Of a stretch of DNA of 55,102 nucleotides, positions 26,061 through 38,532 are shown in pieces; position 1 is the stretch's first letter, and every line of letters begins with the position of its first letter. This DNA comes from Octopus bimaculoides (Eukaryota). A model generated the notes under the pieces. It saw only the letters and a program-made list of their open reading frames with translations. It ran no database searches and was not told the origin of the DNA. The stretch lies in assembly GCF_001194135.2 (NCBI RefSeq), contig NC_068996.1, forward strand, positions 57,320,829-57,375,930. Direction: 5' to 3'. Both the position numbers and the translations under genes were made by a program.

Positions 26061-26219
26061 GGTGAGACCAGCTTCGTTATGAGCAAGCCTAAGTGCTTTA
26101 TTAAGTACTATTGGGTTGATTCTAACGTGTTTTTTTTTAAATTTAATAGTGCTCAGTTAATCACTATACATATCCATCATTTTCTGTTAAAATGTCTTAT
26201 TGACGAGTTTAATTTCTTA

Positions 26220-26308
26220 ATTTCCCTGAAGAGAAGATTACATTGTTTTACACCATTTTATTCCTTTGGAATAATACCAATGATATCTTCGAAACATGTG
26301 TTGGAAGT
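26220..26308 (+). ncRNA. Type I hammerhead ribozyme with extended stem II (family C)
   Basis: TTTCC-CTGAAGA-GAAGAT..CATTG...CAATG..ATCTTC-GAAAC-ATGT-GTT-GGAAG; all core nucleotides canonical. Confidence 0.8.
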
Positions 26309-26598
26309 AAAAGAATTTGAATAACACCTGCATTTGACTCTATTTATTTATTTATATATATTATACAAAATATTTCACATTAACCCGGAGTTTCTACCNN
26401 NNNNNNNNNNNNNNNNNNNNNNNNNNNNNNNNNNNNNNNNNNNNNNNNNNNNNNNNNNNNNNNNNNNNNNNNNNNNNNNNNNNNNNNNNNNNNNNNNNNN
26501 NNNNNNNNNNNNNNNNNNNNNNNNNNNNNNNNNNNNNNNNNNNNNNNNNNNNNNNNNNNNNNNNNNNNNNNNNNNNNNNNNNNNNNNNNNNNNNNNNN

Positions 26599-26657
<59 letters not shown>

Positions 26658-27149
26658 GTATGTATATATTAAATATTAGAATATGTTGTTCAAATGAAAG
26701 ACGATTGCATTCCAAAAATGTTTGTATTGCCATGAAGAAATACCATGATAAAGAAAGACCTGTCTTCAACTGTAAGGATAAGTTGAATCAATCACTAAAA
26801 TCTTTACAGCTTAATTTGACATCTTGATAAAGTCATTACCTTGATCGATATGCATGATGTAGAATGTCTCATGATGTACCAAAACAATTTGAGTTGAAGA
26901 AAGAGAACAATAAAAGAATTATATCCTGCAACCAACAGACACATTTTTTTGTCCAATCCTAGGCAAAATCAAAATTATCAATGTTCCGCATTGTGACTTC
27001 AAAGCAAAATCCATTCCTGGATTCAAATTACAGTCGTGCATCCATTACAAATAGATGCAGCTTCTTTTTTTTTTAAAGATGATTTTTTTTTTCCTGTTTT
27101 CTTTGTTTCTTCTCCTTCAAACACTAATACATCAAAATCAGCCAGAGTT

Positions 27150-28810
27150 ATCATCATGGAACATTACAATATTAGTTTTTCTACAAAGAATATCCCAATA
27201 CCTTTCAGCAAGGTCTATACGAAAATATTACTAGAGAAAATGATAGACCTCATATGGTGTATGAGGTGGAAGGCATATTTCTACAATCAAATCATGCCAC
27301 CCTCAGAGGCCAACACATAGAGAATCAGGTCTTTGAAGTGGATCTACTGGACATGATACCCAAGCTAAAAGTCCTCTTCCCCTTTTCAATACAAACTCTG
27401 TGAAAACATACATAAAATTAAAAGCTCCAACAGGTCTTTAATCTTCTTGGATGAGACTAAGAACATATACAAGATAGACACACACACTTACAATAGACTT
27501 TTCGACAATTGCATTCAACAGAAATACAGGTGCGCTTCCCCATACTCATACAATAAAATTAACTGTGAAGTCAAACAAATAGCAATTAACCTAGGTATAG
27601 TAGAGAAGGTAGAAATTTTGGCCAAGGGAAATGCCTTCATCACAATAAAAGACCACAAGCCGAACTTTGCCTCTAACTTCAAATGCCACCTGACCAACCC
27701 AGCCAAATCTAAGATCGGCCAGGCAAGCAAGCATATACTGAAGAAGATTAATGATGACATAGGCCTCTCACTATGGTGCAGCACCAAAGAGGTGATTTCA
27801 TGGTTTAATGATAACTAAGGGTGGGGCAGAACAAGATTCACACAATTTGACATAGTTAATTTTGACCCGTTGCTATAGAAAGGGTTGCTGAGGAAGGCAC
27901 TTTCCTTTACTAAGGGCTTCATAGATATTATCATGCATGCCAGGAAGACAGTGCCGTTCAACAAAGATTCAACATGGGTCAAGCAATCTGACCCCAAGGG
28001 ATCCTTTGATGTGGCAATAGTGGCCGACAATAGTGCCTACATATGTGATCTAACTGGACTAGACATCCTGGACACTTTAGGGAAGAAATTCCCTATGGTC
28101 CGCTTCATTCTCTAAAGGGATGACACTAGCTATTTCTAGAAGAGCCAACAGTCACGCACTCAATAGGTTTAGAAAGGACCCGATTAGTGCCCAAAGCTCC
28201 ATTAGACTCAAAATTACTATTGAGATGAATCTCACTACCATAGACTTCCTAGATGTCACTCTAGACTTGGGCTCTGGTACACACGGGCCTTATCGCATGC
28301 CAAATGAGAAACTGTCCTACATCAACACCTCCTCCTGCCACCCTCCTATCATGTTCAAGAACCTAGTGAAGGGTGTCAGCAAGAGGATCTCGAATCTATC
28401 CTCTATCTGCCTACTACAACAAGGCACTAGCATCCAGTGATTTTAAGAACTGCATCTCCTACATGCCAGGCCCTAGCACCCACAAAAGGAAGCGCCACTG
28501 AAATGTCGTTTGGTTTGCGCCACCCTTCTCACTCAACTTCAAGACTTGTGTGAGAATACCAATGATATCTTCTATTAACCTGTGGGAAGGATATTACTCA
28601 GGTTAATTAGACAAACACTTCATTCAGACATGCAGATACAGACATTTATTCAACAGGCACAGCCTAAGGGTCTTTTTTAGTTGTGCCCCCAACATGAAGA
28701 ATATATTAGCTAATACCCATAAAACATGGGAAGAGGCAGGTTTCTATGCAATGACTGTCCAGTGGGAGAGCAATGTGAGGCCAAGGCTGTCATCTATGAG
28801 GCTGTAGTGA
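27150..28810 (+). mobile_element. Penelope-like element ORF (N-terminus, RT, start of GIY-YIG), frameshifted
   Basis: STKNIPIP...MRWKAYF, AFITIKDHKPNF, FDIV, SFDVAIV, DFLDVTLDL, HPP and CPVGEQCEAKAVIYEAVV. Confidence 0.9.
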
Positions 28811-28939
28811 TACCCAGGCCTAGCAACCACAGTAATAGCAGCAACGGATCATCCAACAACATTGATGGCATATTGGAGGCAGCAACAACAGCAGAAACGC
28901 CAGCACTGATGCCAATGACTCAAAATACAAGATTTGTAA

Positions 28940-29335
28940 GCACTTATTTTAGTTTTCACACTGAGATGATGGGAAAGTTTTCCAAAAGCATTTGTATCCT
29001 TCGTCATCAAGAGCCCTCTTGAAGTTTACTCTACTTCCATGATATTTAAATGACCCGACCCATTTGAGTGGCTTATTGCCAATCATCACATTTGAACCTT
29101 GAGTATGTTCTGTTCCACACTTTGGTTGGAATAAAACTTCAGTCTTTTTGATAGTCAGTCCAAATGCATGAGCTGCAGCAGCAAACCTGTCGACCATTTC
29201 CTGAATTCCCTCGAACGTATGAGAAATCAAAGTGCAATCATCAGCAAAGAGAAAATCACATCGAATCTTTTCTGTGCTCTTTCTCTTTGATCTGAAACTT
29301 TACCCTTTCAGGTTTAGTAGACATCCTTCTGTACA
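28940..29335 (-). mobile_element. RTE (BovB-like) RT fragment
   Basis: FADDCTL, MVDRFAAAAHAFGLTIKKTEVLFQP and FKYHGS. Confidence 0.85.
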
Positions 29336-29369
29336 AAACTGAAATTTTACACATCATCATCATTGTCGT

Positions 29370-30495
29370 CATCGTTTAACATCTGCTTTCCATGGTGGCA
29401 TGGGTTGGACGGTTTGACTGAGGACTGACAAGACAGGAGGCTGCACCAGGTTACTCTTAAATGGGCCGGTTATGTGACACTGGCATAGGCCACTGGTTAT
29501 GGTCTCACTTGGCTTTCCGGCTCTTTTCAACCACAGCATATTTCCAAAGGTCTCAGTCACTCATCATCGCCTCAGTGAAGCCCAACATTCGACAGTCATA
29601 CTTCACCACCTCATCCCAGGTCTTCATGGATCTACCTCTCCCACAGGTTCCCTCAACCGCTAGGGTGTGGCACTTTTTCATACAGCTATTCTCATCCATT
29701 CTTGCCACATGACCATACCAGTGCAATCATCTCTCATGCACACCACAACTGATGCTTCTTAGATCCAACTTTTCTCTCAAAGTACTTACACTCTGTCGAG
29801 TATGCACACTGACATTACACATCCATCGGAGCATACTGGCTTCATTCCTTGCAAACTTACCCATGTTCTCAGCAGTCACGGCCCAAGTTTCACTGCCATG
29901 TAGCATGGCTGTTCGTACATATGCGTAATACAGTCTGCCTTTTACTCTGAGCGAGAGGCCCTTTGTCACCAGCAGAGGTAGGAGTTCCCTGAACTTTGCC
30001 CAAGCTACTCTTATTCTAGCAGCTACACTTTCAGAGCATCCACCTCCACTACTGCTGACTTGGTCACCTTGTTAACGGAATCTATCAACTGCCTGGAATG
30101 TGGCAGAAGTTGTTCTCTGCACATTTTCAGTGTTTATTGCTCCTGAGCATCTGCCACATACAAAAACTATCTTCCCAGTTAGCCTTCTTTTGATATTGCT
30201 GCACCTCTTATGTGTCCATAGCTTGCATTGGGTACATCTTATAGAGTTTCTACCTATGCCTTTTCTACAGATCAAGCAAGGCCATCTACCTGAAGGGGTT
30301 TGTGGTTTGTCTGCCTTCCAACTTATTAGGACTTTGGTTTTAGCTAGGTTGACTCTAAGGCCCTTCAATTCTAGTCCTTGCTTCCACACCTGAAACTTCT
30401 CCTCTAGTTCTGATAGTGACTCCGCAATTAGAGCAAAGTCATCAGCATAGAGGAGCTACCAGGGGCATCCTGTCTTGAATTCCTCTGTTATTGCC
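29370..30495 (-). mobile_element. 5'-truncated RTE LINE (RT with PHD-like finger, 3' UTR and tail)
   Basis: LLYADDF, GLRVNLAKTKV, CxxC..CxxCxxxxHxxC..CxxC, HGSETW, then RTE tail to 29370. Confidence 0.9.
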
Positions 30496-31700
30496 TAGAA
30501 GCAAATATACCTTTCAGATTGTCATACTATGCTCTCAAATTGTGAAAGTTAGCAGCCTGTTCCAATTCTAGGGCATTTTTTGCCCACCGAGAAATTTTCA
30601 ACTCACGTAAGTTTTCCTGAGTAGTTTTCTTAGAGGAGAGGTATAAGAATCTGAATGATGGTGGGGTTTTTGTCTTAGATCCATACCTTGTGTCTTTCAT
30701 ACATTGTTTCTAGGAGAGGTTTCATTTGAGAACCATTCTCATTGAACTAATCTTGATGCTTGTGTTTGATGAATCCTAGAACTTCTTCAACGGATGATTT
30801 GATGTTGCCACAAATATTTTACCACAAAAAAATTTCAGAATCATTATTTTCCTCCATATTTTCAAGCTTTGATTGTAGATACATTTCAAAACTTTTTGAC
30901 CTTTCCAGATTTTTTAAAAAAAGATACATTTATTTTTGGAGGGATACTGAACCTCAGTGGCCTCTTTGCATATGGTTTAACAAATACCTTACTGCAAACC
31001 ATTCTGTAATCCGAGTAAGACTTGTGAGTTTTGTGAGTTCTGGTTAATCTGAAATCACAGTAATCTTTTCTCTTAGTGATGACATAGTCAGTTCCCTAAT
31101 TGGAGGTGTTTCCAGGTGTTTTTATATTCATCTGTTTGCTGAGACACTGTGTTTGTAACTGTTATGTCAAACTGTTAACAAAAGGACAACAGTTATAAAC
31201 CACTTTCATTCATCTTTCTTGTTCCAAAGTTTCCTATTAGTTTTGACCAATTATGGCATTAAGATCATCCGTCAATATAACATAGTCATGATATGGAATT
31301 TTATGACAACTGTCTGCAGTTTGAAGTATTCTTGTTTGGATATGCATTTTTAATGTGTATAGATGAAGAATTACCTATGGATATACAGAATGTCATGAGA
31401 TGCTCATCAACAGATTGAGGGATGGATGGCAAGTTATGAACTAGAGTTGATTTATTGGCAAGGCCAATACCATGACTTCTTGGTTCATCTGCTTGATTTC
31501 CTCTCCAAAAAAGTGTAACCACTGCCAACTTCTAATTCACCAATGTATGCAAGCCTGGTTTCACTTAGAGCAGCAATACCAATATTATAGGAGCCGGTTA
31601 CCATTGCTATTAGTGCTATTTTTGTTCTAGACTGTCTTTGCTGTCTTGTGAAGTTCTTACATTCCAACAACCAAACATTAGCACACTTCTTTTATTTTTC
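30495..31700 (-). mobile_element. RTE (BovB-like) endonuclease and linker, decayed
   Basis: IAALSETRL, GSGYTF, HGIG...DEHLMT and WAKNALELEQAAN; probably the same element as 28940-29335, split by the 29370-30495 insertion. Confidence 0.75.
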
Positions 31701-32332
31701 TTATCTTTATCTCAACAGCAATAAACTGGATGGCTAGACATCTGTAGTTAATACTAAGCTTATTGAAGGCAACACTTTTTTAGGGTTCCTTTTCTCACCT
31801 CTCCTCCGATATCAGAGAAACAGTGTTACACCTTGCTAAGAGTGCTTGCCACAAAAAGGAGCACACAAATCTTGCAGATGTCTTCCAAATCTACAAAAAG
31901 ATGGTCATCACCCTCTGCACCACCTTTGTGTGAGACTCTGACTTGGAACTTCCAGCAACACAATTTGCCTGTTCCTCTTGCCATAGGACTTTCAACTCTC
32001 CTTCAAACTACCTCCACAATGAATTTGTTTTAAGTGGTACTCACTTGTGTCACTTGTCAAACTCATTCATCCAAATAACCTAGACTCCAATGCATACTAA
32101 TGCCATGTGTAGAAAGGGCTGTCTGGATGCAGGGTTGTGGCTCAGGAGCACTGAAGATGGAATTTGCTCAGGTTTCAATGACAAATGAAGCCCCCCCCCC
32201 CACCTAATATACAATAATGATGATGATGATGACGACGACGATGATGATGGTGACAACAACAGCAGCAGCAACAACAACAACAACATCGAAAAATACGTTA
32301 GGAATGAGAACCCAGGTTCAAAATTTCCCCAA

Positions 32333-32378
32333 GACACCTGATGAAGGCTGGAGGGTATATCACCTGAAACGATGTGTT
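32333..32378 (+). ncRNA. Minimal type I hammerhead motif (family B), probably inactivated
   Basis: GACAC-CTGATGA-AGG(C)TG..CACCT-GAAAC-GAT-GTGTT; cleavage-site U16.1 appears as A. Confidence 0.65.
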
Positions 32379-33986
32379 AACAACAAACAAGATGAGGGCA
32401 AAGATCTGTCAATTGTCAGTAATGTAAATAGCACCCTACTAGTTTAGACCTTAGTACTAACCAGTGAGCTTCTAGGCATTTACTCAGGTTTCCAGAAGTA
32501 CTGACCAAATTCCCTCAAATATATTGTGGAATACATAATAAATTACACTTGTCTTTCATTGATTCAGAAAGCATTCAAGATTAAGTTTATCTTTAATTGA
32601 ATTCAGAACCATGATATAAAATGGTTAAAACATATTCCATAGTTGGTAAACAAGTGGAGACTAAAGACTCAAGAGGGCTCCTTAGTCATGCTGAGAGTAT
32701 AACTATCTCTCTAGTGTTAGTGCTATGATACAGTCTACCTCTAGTAGACTGTGGAGTAGATGGTGATCAAACAGAAACAACACGTTGAGAAGATCCTTTA
32801 GTCTTGTTGAGAACAAGCAAACGCTTCTAGTGGTGGTGGCACGATAAAATGCAGCCAGTTTATTCTATAACATGGTTGGTGACAGGAAGAGCATCTTGCC
32901 AAAGAAACCAAACCAGAAATATAATATACAACTGAGATATGGTCCTCTGACCCAATTAAGAGGGCAGCAACTCTGAATAACAATTGACTCAAACTGTGAC
33001 AACCTTTTCAACCCATGCAAGCATGGAAGGCAGGCATAAAATGATGGTGGTGGCAGCAGCAGCAGTGGTGATGATGATGATGATGATGATGATGTTAAAT
33101 TGCACTGTAAAGTAGATTATACTGTAAACTTATCTGGCTGAGAGTCCACTGGTTTTGTAATTCGGAGAGGCACTTCTTGATTTCAAAAGAATGAGTCAAC
33201 AATAGAAACCATGCTAAAATTATTTCTGTCTGCATTGTTGATCTGCTTGGAGTTTAAAGTATGAGAGCAAATAAAAGGCAAGTGACAAGCAATTTTAAAT
33301 CTGAGTTTGATTTCAAAATCCATCATCATCACCACCACCATCACCACCACCACCACCACCACCACCACCACAACCATTATCATCATCATCATCACCACCA
33401 CCACTACCATCATTATCAATTAACACCCACATTCCATGGTTTGGATGGTGGGACATGTTAGGCCCAAGGATTACATTGTGCTTCTGTGTCTGTTTTTACC
33501 ACATTTAGACGCCCTTCCTAATGCCAAGCACTCTACAGTGTGTTCCAGGTGTTTTTTTTTTCTTTCACAAGACCAACGTAGAGGGTGGGGATCTCCATGC
33601 AGCTCTCAAAACTATGAATCCCAAGATGGTGACTTGGGGTTCAATGTATGGGGTGGGAGATGAAGTGGCCAGAGCACAGCAGGTTTCTTGTTGAGGTTCA
33701 CATGCACATTGTCATTCATGCTTAAGAAAAGAGGGCAGGGTGGGGGATAAGGTGGGGATGAGTAGGATTTATTGGGCTGAAATTGGAAAGAGATAAGAAT
33801 AATAGTTGATGAGGTGTCTTGATAGACACCCCCCCCCCCTTCAAAGTACAGTAGTATCTCATTTTATGAGGACTCACTTTATTAGACCCCAGGTTTACAA
33901 GTTTTATTTTTCAGCTCTCTTTTGTTTGGTGAGCTGAAAGTTTTGAAGCACAAAATCTAGTGTGAGTGGAAGTGATTCAGAAAATG

Positions 33987-34049
<63 letters not shown>

Positions 34050-34251
34050 TTTATTATTATTATAAATGATCTTGTCATTTTTTTTTTTACTTTACATGAA
34101 ATATTCTTTACCATTCTACTGTAGTTTTATAGTCATTTATTTACAATTATTATAAATTATTAGTAAAATATTTTTCTGAGAATGAAATATGATTTATAAC
34201 ATTGCTACGATGAGAAATTATTGCTCTGCTTTATGAGTTTCTGCTTTACAG

Positions 34252-34310
34252 ATGGTCTCTGGGAACAAATTAACTCTTATATTGAGACATTACTGTATAA
34301 AGATGAATAG
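34252..34310 (+). CDS. Candidate terminal coding exon (phase 1 start)
   Basis: TTTCTGCTTTACAG acceptor followed by GLWEQINSYIETLLYKDE-stop; no other support. Confidence 0.25.
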
Positions 34311-35040
34311 AAGTGAATGGGGACAGAAGACCTGGGAAGTGTGGATAGGTGGATAGTAATTTTAAAAGAAATTTGGTTGATGCATTCAAGTGAAAAGTGA
34401 AGGGGAGAGAAAGATTGAGAGTGAGAGGGATGATGGAAGGAGTGTGAGGGAGAGTGAGGTAGAAGGTGAGAGAGACACTGAGAGAAGGAGAGAGGAGAGA
34501 GGGGAAGAGAAAGAGGGAAGAGGAGAGGGAGAGAGGGAGGGAGAGTGTGAGAGGGTTAAGCAAAAGAGGGAGAGTGAGAAAGGGTCAGAGAAGAAAGGGT
34601 CAGAGAGAGAGAGAGAGAGAACATGGTGTAAGTGGTGAAATGTCGAGGTACAAGTATTTTATCGTTCAGTTTAATTCGATGTTCATTCTATTGAATGAGT
34701 TACAAATCAGTGAAAGACAGAAGTTAAAAAACAGAAACTAAAAGAAAATAAATACATCTATGGAACTCCTTCAAACTGCTTCTTTATATGGATGTATCAA
34801 AGAGCCATAAACTGAATAGTCTAACAACTGAACTAATGTGGAAACATCTTCACAAATATCCATAACATGACGATTTCTTTCTTTCCTCTCACTACAAAAC
34901 ATAACAAACTTTAATAAATATATTTCAGTGTTTCAGCATTCTGTTTCCATATGTACCATATATACATATATATATATATATATTGTTTAATTGCATGTGG
35001 CAATCGGTTAAAATGTCTTACGGTTAAGCTGATTCCTATG

Positions 35041-35132
35041 TATTTCCCTGAAGAGAAGATTACATCCTTATCAACATCACCAATTCCTATGGAAGGTATA
35101 ATTTGTAATCTTCGAAACATATGTTGGAAATA
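35041..35132 (+). ncRNA. Intact type I hammerhead ribozyme with extended stem II (family C)
   Basis: TATTTCC/GGAAATA stem I (7 bp), CTGAAGA 35048-35054, GAAGATTACA/TGTAATCTTC stem II (10 bp), GAAA, palindromic ACATATGT, GUU site at 35123-35125. Confidence 0.88.
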
Positions 35133-36974
35133 AAAGTATGCAGTTAACATATACGTTTTACTCCATTTACTAAATTTGTATATTTACTCAAGTACCCAAA
35201 ATATCAAGGAGTTTCTACCTCATAAACAGGAGTTACACCACAGTCATCTTGTAATCTTTGCTACCCTGGTATCTATTAACCAATTCATTTTGTCCGAGTT
35301 ATTTATTAACTTAGAGAAAATAAATACATATANNNNNNNNNNNNNNNNNNNNNNNNNNNNNNNNNNNNNNNNNNNNNNNNNNNNNNNNNNNNNNNNNNNN
35401 NNNNNNNNNNNNNNNNNNNNNNNNNNNNNNNNNNNNNNNNNNNNNNNNNNNNNNNNNNNNNNNNNNNNNNNNNNNNNNNNNNNNNNNNNNNNNNNNNNNN
35501 NNNNNNNNNNNNNNNNNNNNNNNNNNNNNNNNNNNNNNNNNNNNNNNNNNNNNNNNNNNNNNNNNNNNNNNNNNNNNNNNNNNNNNNNNNNNNNNNNNNN
35601 NNNNNNNNNNNNNNNNNNNNNNNNNNNNNNNNNNNNNNNNNNNNNNNNNNNNNNNNNNNNNNNNNNNNNNNNNNNNNNNNNNNNNNNNNNNNNNNNNNNN
35701 NNNNNNNNNNNNNNNNNNNNNNNNNNNNNNNNNNNNNNNNNNNNNNNNNNNNNNNNNNNNNNNNNNNNNNNNNNNNNNNNNNNNNNNNNNNNNNNNNNTA
35801 TATATATATAGTAAAGTAGTATAAGTATGTAAATTGAAGTAAAACACTGTCAATACACCAGTAATTTATTAATTGAATTAGCTGTAAAGAATGTGTTCCA
35901 TGCACAAATTGATATATCCAGTTACTTAATCCTTTAGTAATATTGGATTTATAAGAAATGTCTTAATGTATGTCTTAATAATGGATGTCTTAATAAGTGG
36001 CTTAAAGAGGGTACTCAGTTGCAATGGTGAAGGCCTATCAATCCAGAGCATATACAGGGAGCTTATTTAATAAATCTTAAATGAACTTTAATGAAAATTT
36101 TATTTTATAAGTTATTGCATTTGTGACTAAAAGTTTGCTCATGTTTTATATTGATAGCTTCACTTAGATGACTGCAATGGATTCTTATGACGTGTCACAA
36201 TTTCTGGTTTTACCTTATATTCATATTTACTTTACAATTATATAAGGAGTGGGTTTAAGTGAATGTATATACTTGTTTAGACAAGAAAATCATATATCAT
36301 CGTCATCATCATCATCATTGTTTGATGTCCATTATCCATGCTGGCATGGGTTAGACAGTTTGACAGGAGCTAGCTAGCTGGGGTGCTGTCCAGAAATTAA
36401 TGCATTTCAAATTCAAAAAACCAAGTCAATTGTTGCTTGTTTGTTTGTTATTTTTTTATCCACTCTGATCATAAACAGCCATTAACGACAGGGTGATGTT
36501 TGAACAAAAATTGATATAGCTACAGTGAAACTTCATGAAAGAAAATAACAAACAAAAAAACGACTACCAGAATGTATCTTACAGTGATGCACACAGCAAC
36601 AAATATTGTTGTATTTTCACAGGTTGCTCTGTGTTGAAATAATGCTGTCAATGTGATTTATTTTGGATCAGCAGAAATTATTTTTTCAATATAGTCTATA
36701 ATAAGAATTAATTATTAGCAACAGAAGCAGTATGAATACCAAAGTGTAATCTTTAGATCCAACTTAACAAGGATGCCATGTTAAATGAGAGAATTTCCCA
36801 AGGCTAATTATTCAGGTGTTTTAACATTGCATCCATGTCGTGCTGGATATAGTGTTTACCTGTTGGTGTTGATATTGCTTCTGTTGCTAATAATCAATCT
36901 TTAATAAACTTGGTGGCTATTTGTGACATCAGTGTCTGAAAAGATGGTGGTGAAATTCTATATATTGTAAAGGT

Positions 36975-37145
36975 GTCAAGCTGGCAGAATCATCAACACA
37001 CTGGACAAAATGCTTGGTGGCATTTCATGTCTTTACATTCTGAGTTCAAATTCCACAAAGGTTGACTTTGCCTTTCTTCCTGTTGAGGTCGATAAAATAA
37101 GTACCAGTTGTATATTGAGGTCAATGTAATCAACTTACCCCAACC
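36975..37145 (+). mobile_element. SINE S2 inserted in the first tandem unit
   Basis: GCTGGCAGAATC...GAGTTCAAATTCC...AAGTACCAGTT. Confidence 0.8.
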
Positions 37146-37497
37146 AAGATTTGATTCACATGTGGCGATCAGTGGTTTCCAACAGAACAAAATCCGGTGA
37201 GATGTGGATTCCATGACAGGTGAGTTTTGTTTTCTATGATCTGCATGTGTGCTTTTATACACCAAGCACCTATATGAGAAAACCTCTCGAGGCTAAGAAT
37301 GCAGTATTTAGTGTTCTAACACAGCATTCATGTCAAGTTGAATATAATGTTTACTTTTTGGTGTTAATACAGCTTTCATTGGTAATAATTTATTTGTAAT
37401 AAGCCTGCTGGCTGTCTGCAACATCAGCATCTGAAAAGACAGTGATATTGTATATATTGTAGCAATGACATTTGACTGGAATGTGGCAATCAATTGG

Positions 37498-37543
37498 TTC
37501 CCACTGATGAGGTCCAGTAGACTGAAATTACATGATATGAGGA
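37498..37543 (+). ncRNA. Type I hammerhead motif (family F) within the tandem unit
   Basis: TTCCCA-CTGATGA-GGTC CAGTA GACT-GAAA-TTACATGA-TA-TGAGGA; stem I has one mismatch. Confidence 0.55.
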
Positions 37544-38532
37544 TTCTGGCACCCATGACAGGTAAATTTCTTTTACTATGGTCTATATGTGTGTTTTTAT
37601 GCACCATGCATCTATATTAGAGGGTCCCTCAAGGCTAATATCACAGCATCTATGTTAAGTTGGATATAATGTTTATGTTTTATAATAAGAATGTTCTAGT
37701 GGTTGCCTACCATGTGGAATATCCATAGGTCCAGCTGTAATATATGATACAGTACTGGACATCTTATTCAGCTTCCAGAAATATGGAATTACAACCACCC
37801 TGGCCTCACCACACCCCAAAAAAAATGAAAACAACACAAAATACCTTTGAAAGTGTTTTTGAAATTAGTTAATTTATATTTGCATTTGGAGATTTGGTTT
37901 TCAATTTTTAAAATTTATTGATAAAGGTTAAACATACTCTGATTTAGAAGTGTATTTTTTGTACCTGCATCAGTTAAATAAAATTATATTTTTTACTTTT
38001 TTTTAATTTAATTTTTATCTTACAAACACGATACTATTTACATTGAAGAGTATGATAAATTTCAGGAATTTTAAATGAATTAATAAATATGAAATAGACC
38101 CAGCTTTAGAAGAGTATTAATTCAAATCTATTAAATAACAATTTAGTTCTTTACTTTTCATAGTTTATGTTATATTTTAAGTATCTATTAAGAATATCTC
38201 CAGAAAGTCGGAAAATCCATAAATCTGGCATCAAGCATGTCAGATATTTGGTCCGCTACTATAGATAAAACATTATGTTACTTGGAAATAATTATAACGT
38301 TTGACATTCTTTTGCGAAAAAGAAATAGTTAGAAGGGACACAACCCCGTAGCCAATAATAAAGGGAATCAACTGCTTTTGCTTTCTTTGTTACTTACGTA
38401 GATGTTACTTTTGTGTGTAATCTACAAATTAAAAGGCAATTACTCTAGGTTACTCTGTCGTGTGATCTAAGTCAGCGAATTTACTTTGATGTGTAATCTA
38501 TGAGTTTGTTTTAATTATTATATTGTTTATTT

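Larger units (their letters stand above)
36770..37690 (+). repeat. Diverged tandem repeat, ~320-340 bp unit, 2+ copies, interrupted by a SINE
   Basis: (A/G)AGGCTAA...GCAT..ATGT...TGGATATA.TGTTTA anchors at 36800, 37289 and 37631; CATCAG..TCTGAAAAGA at ~36928 and ~37423; CCATGACAGGT at ~37211 and ~37553. Confidence 0.75.

Noticed and set aside
33180-33420. Poly-His / poly-Val ORFs and the Glu-Arg-rich ORF at 34390-34638
   Set aside because: (CAT/CAC)n and purine-rich simple repeats.
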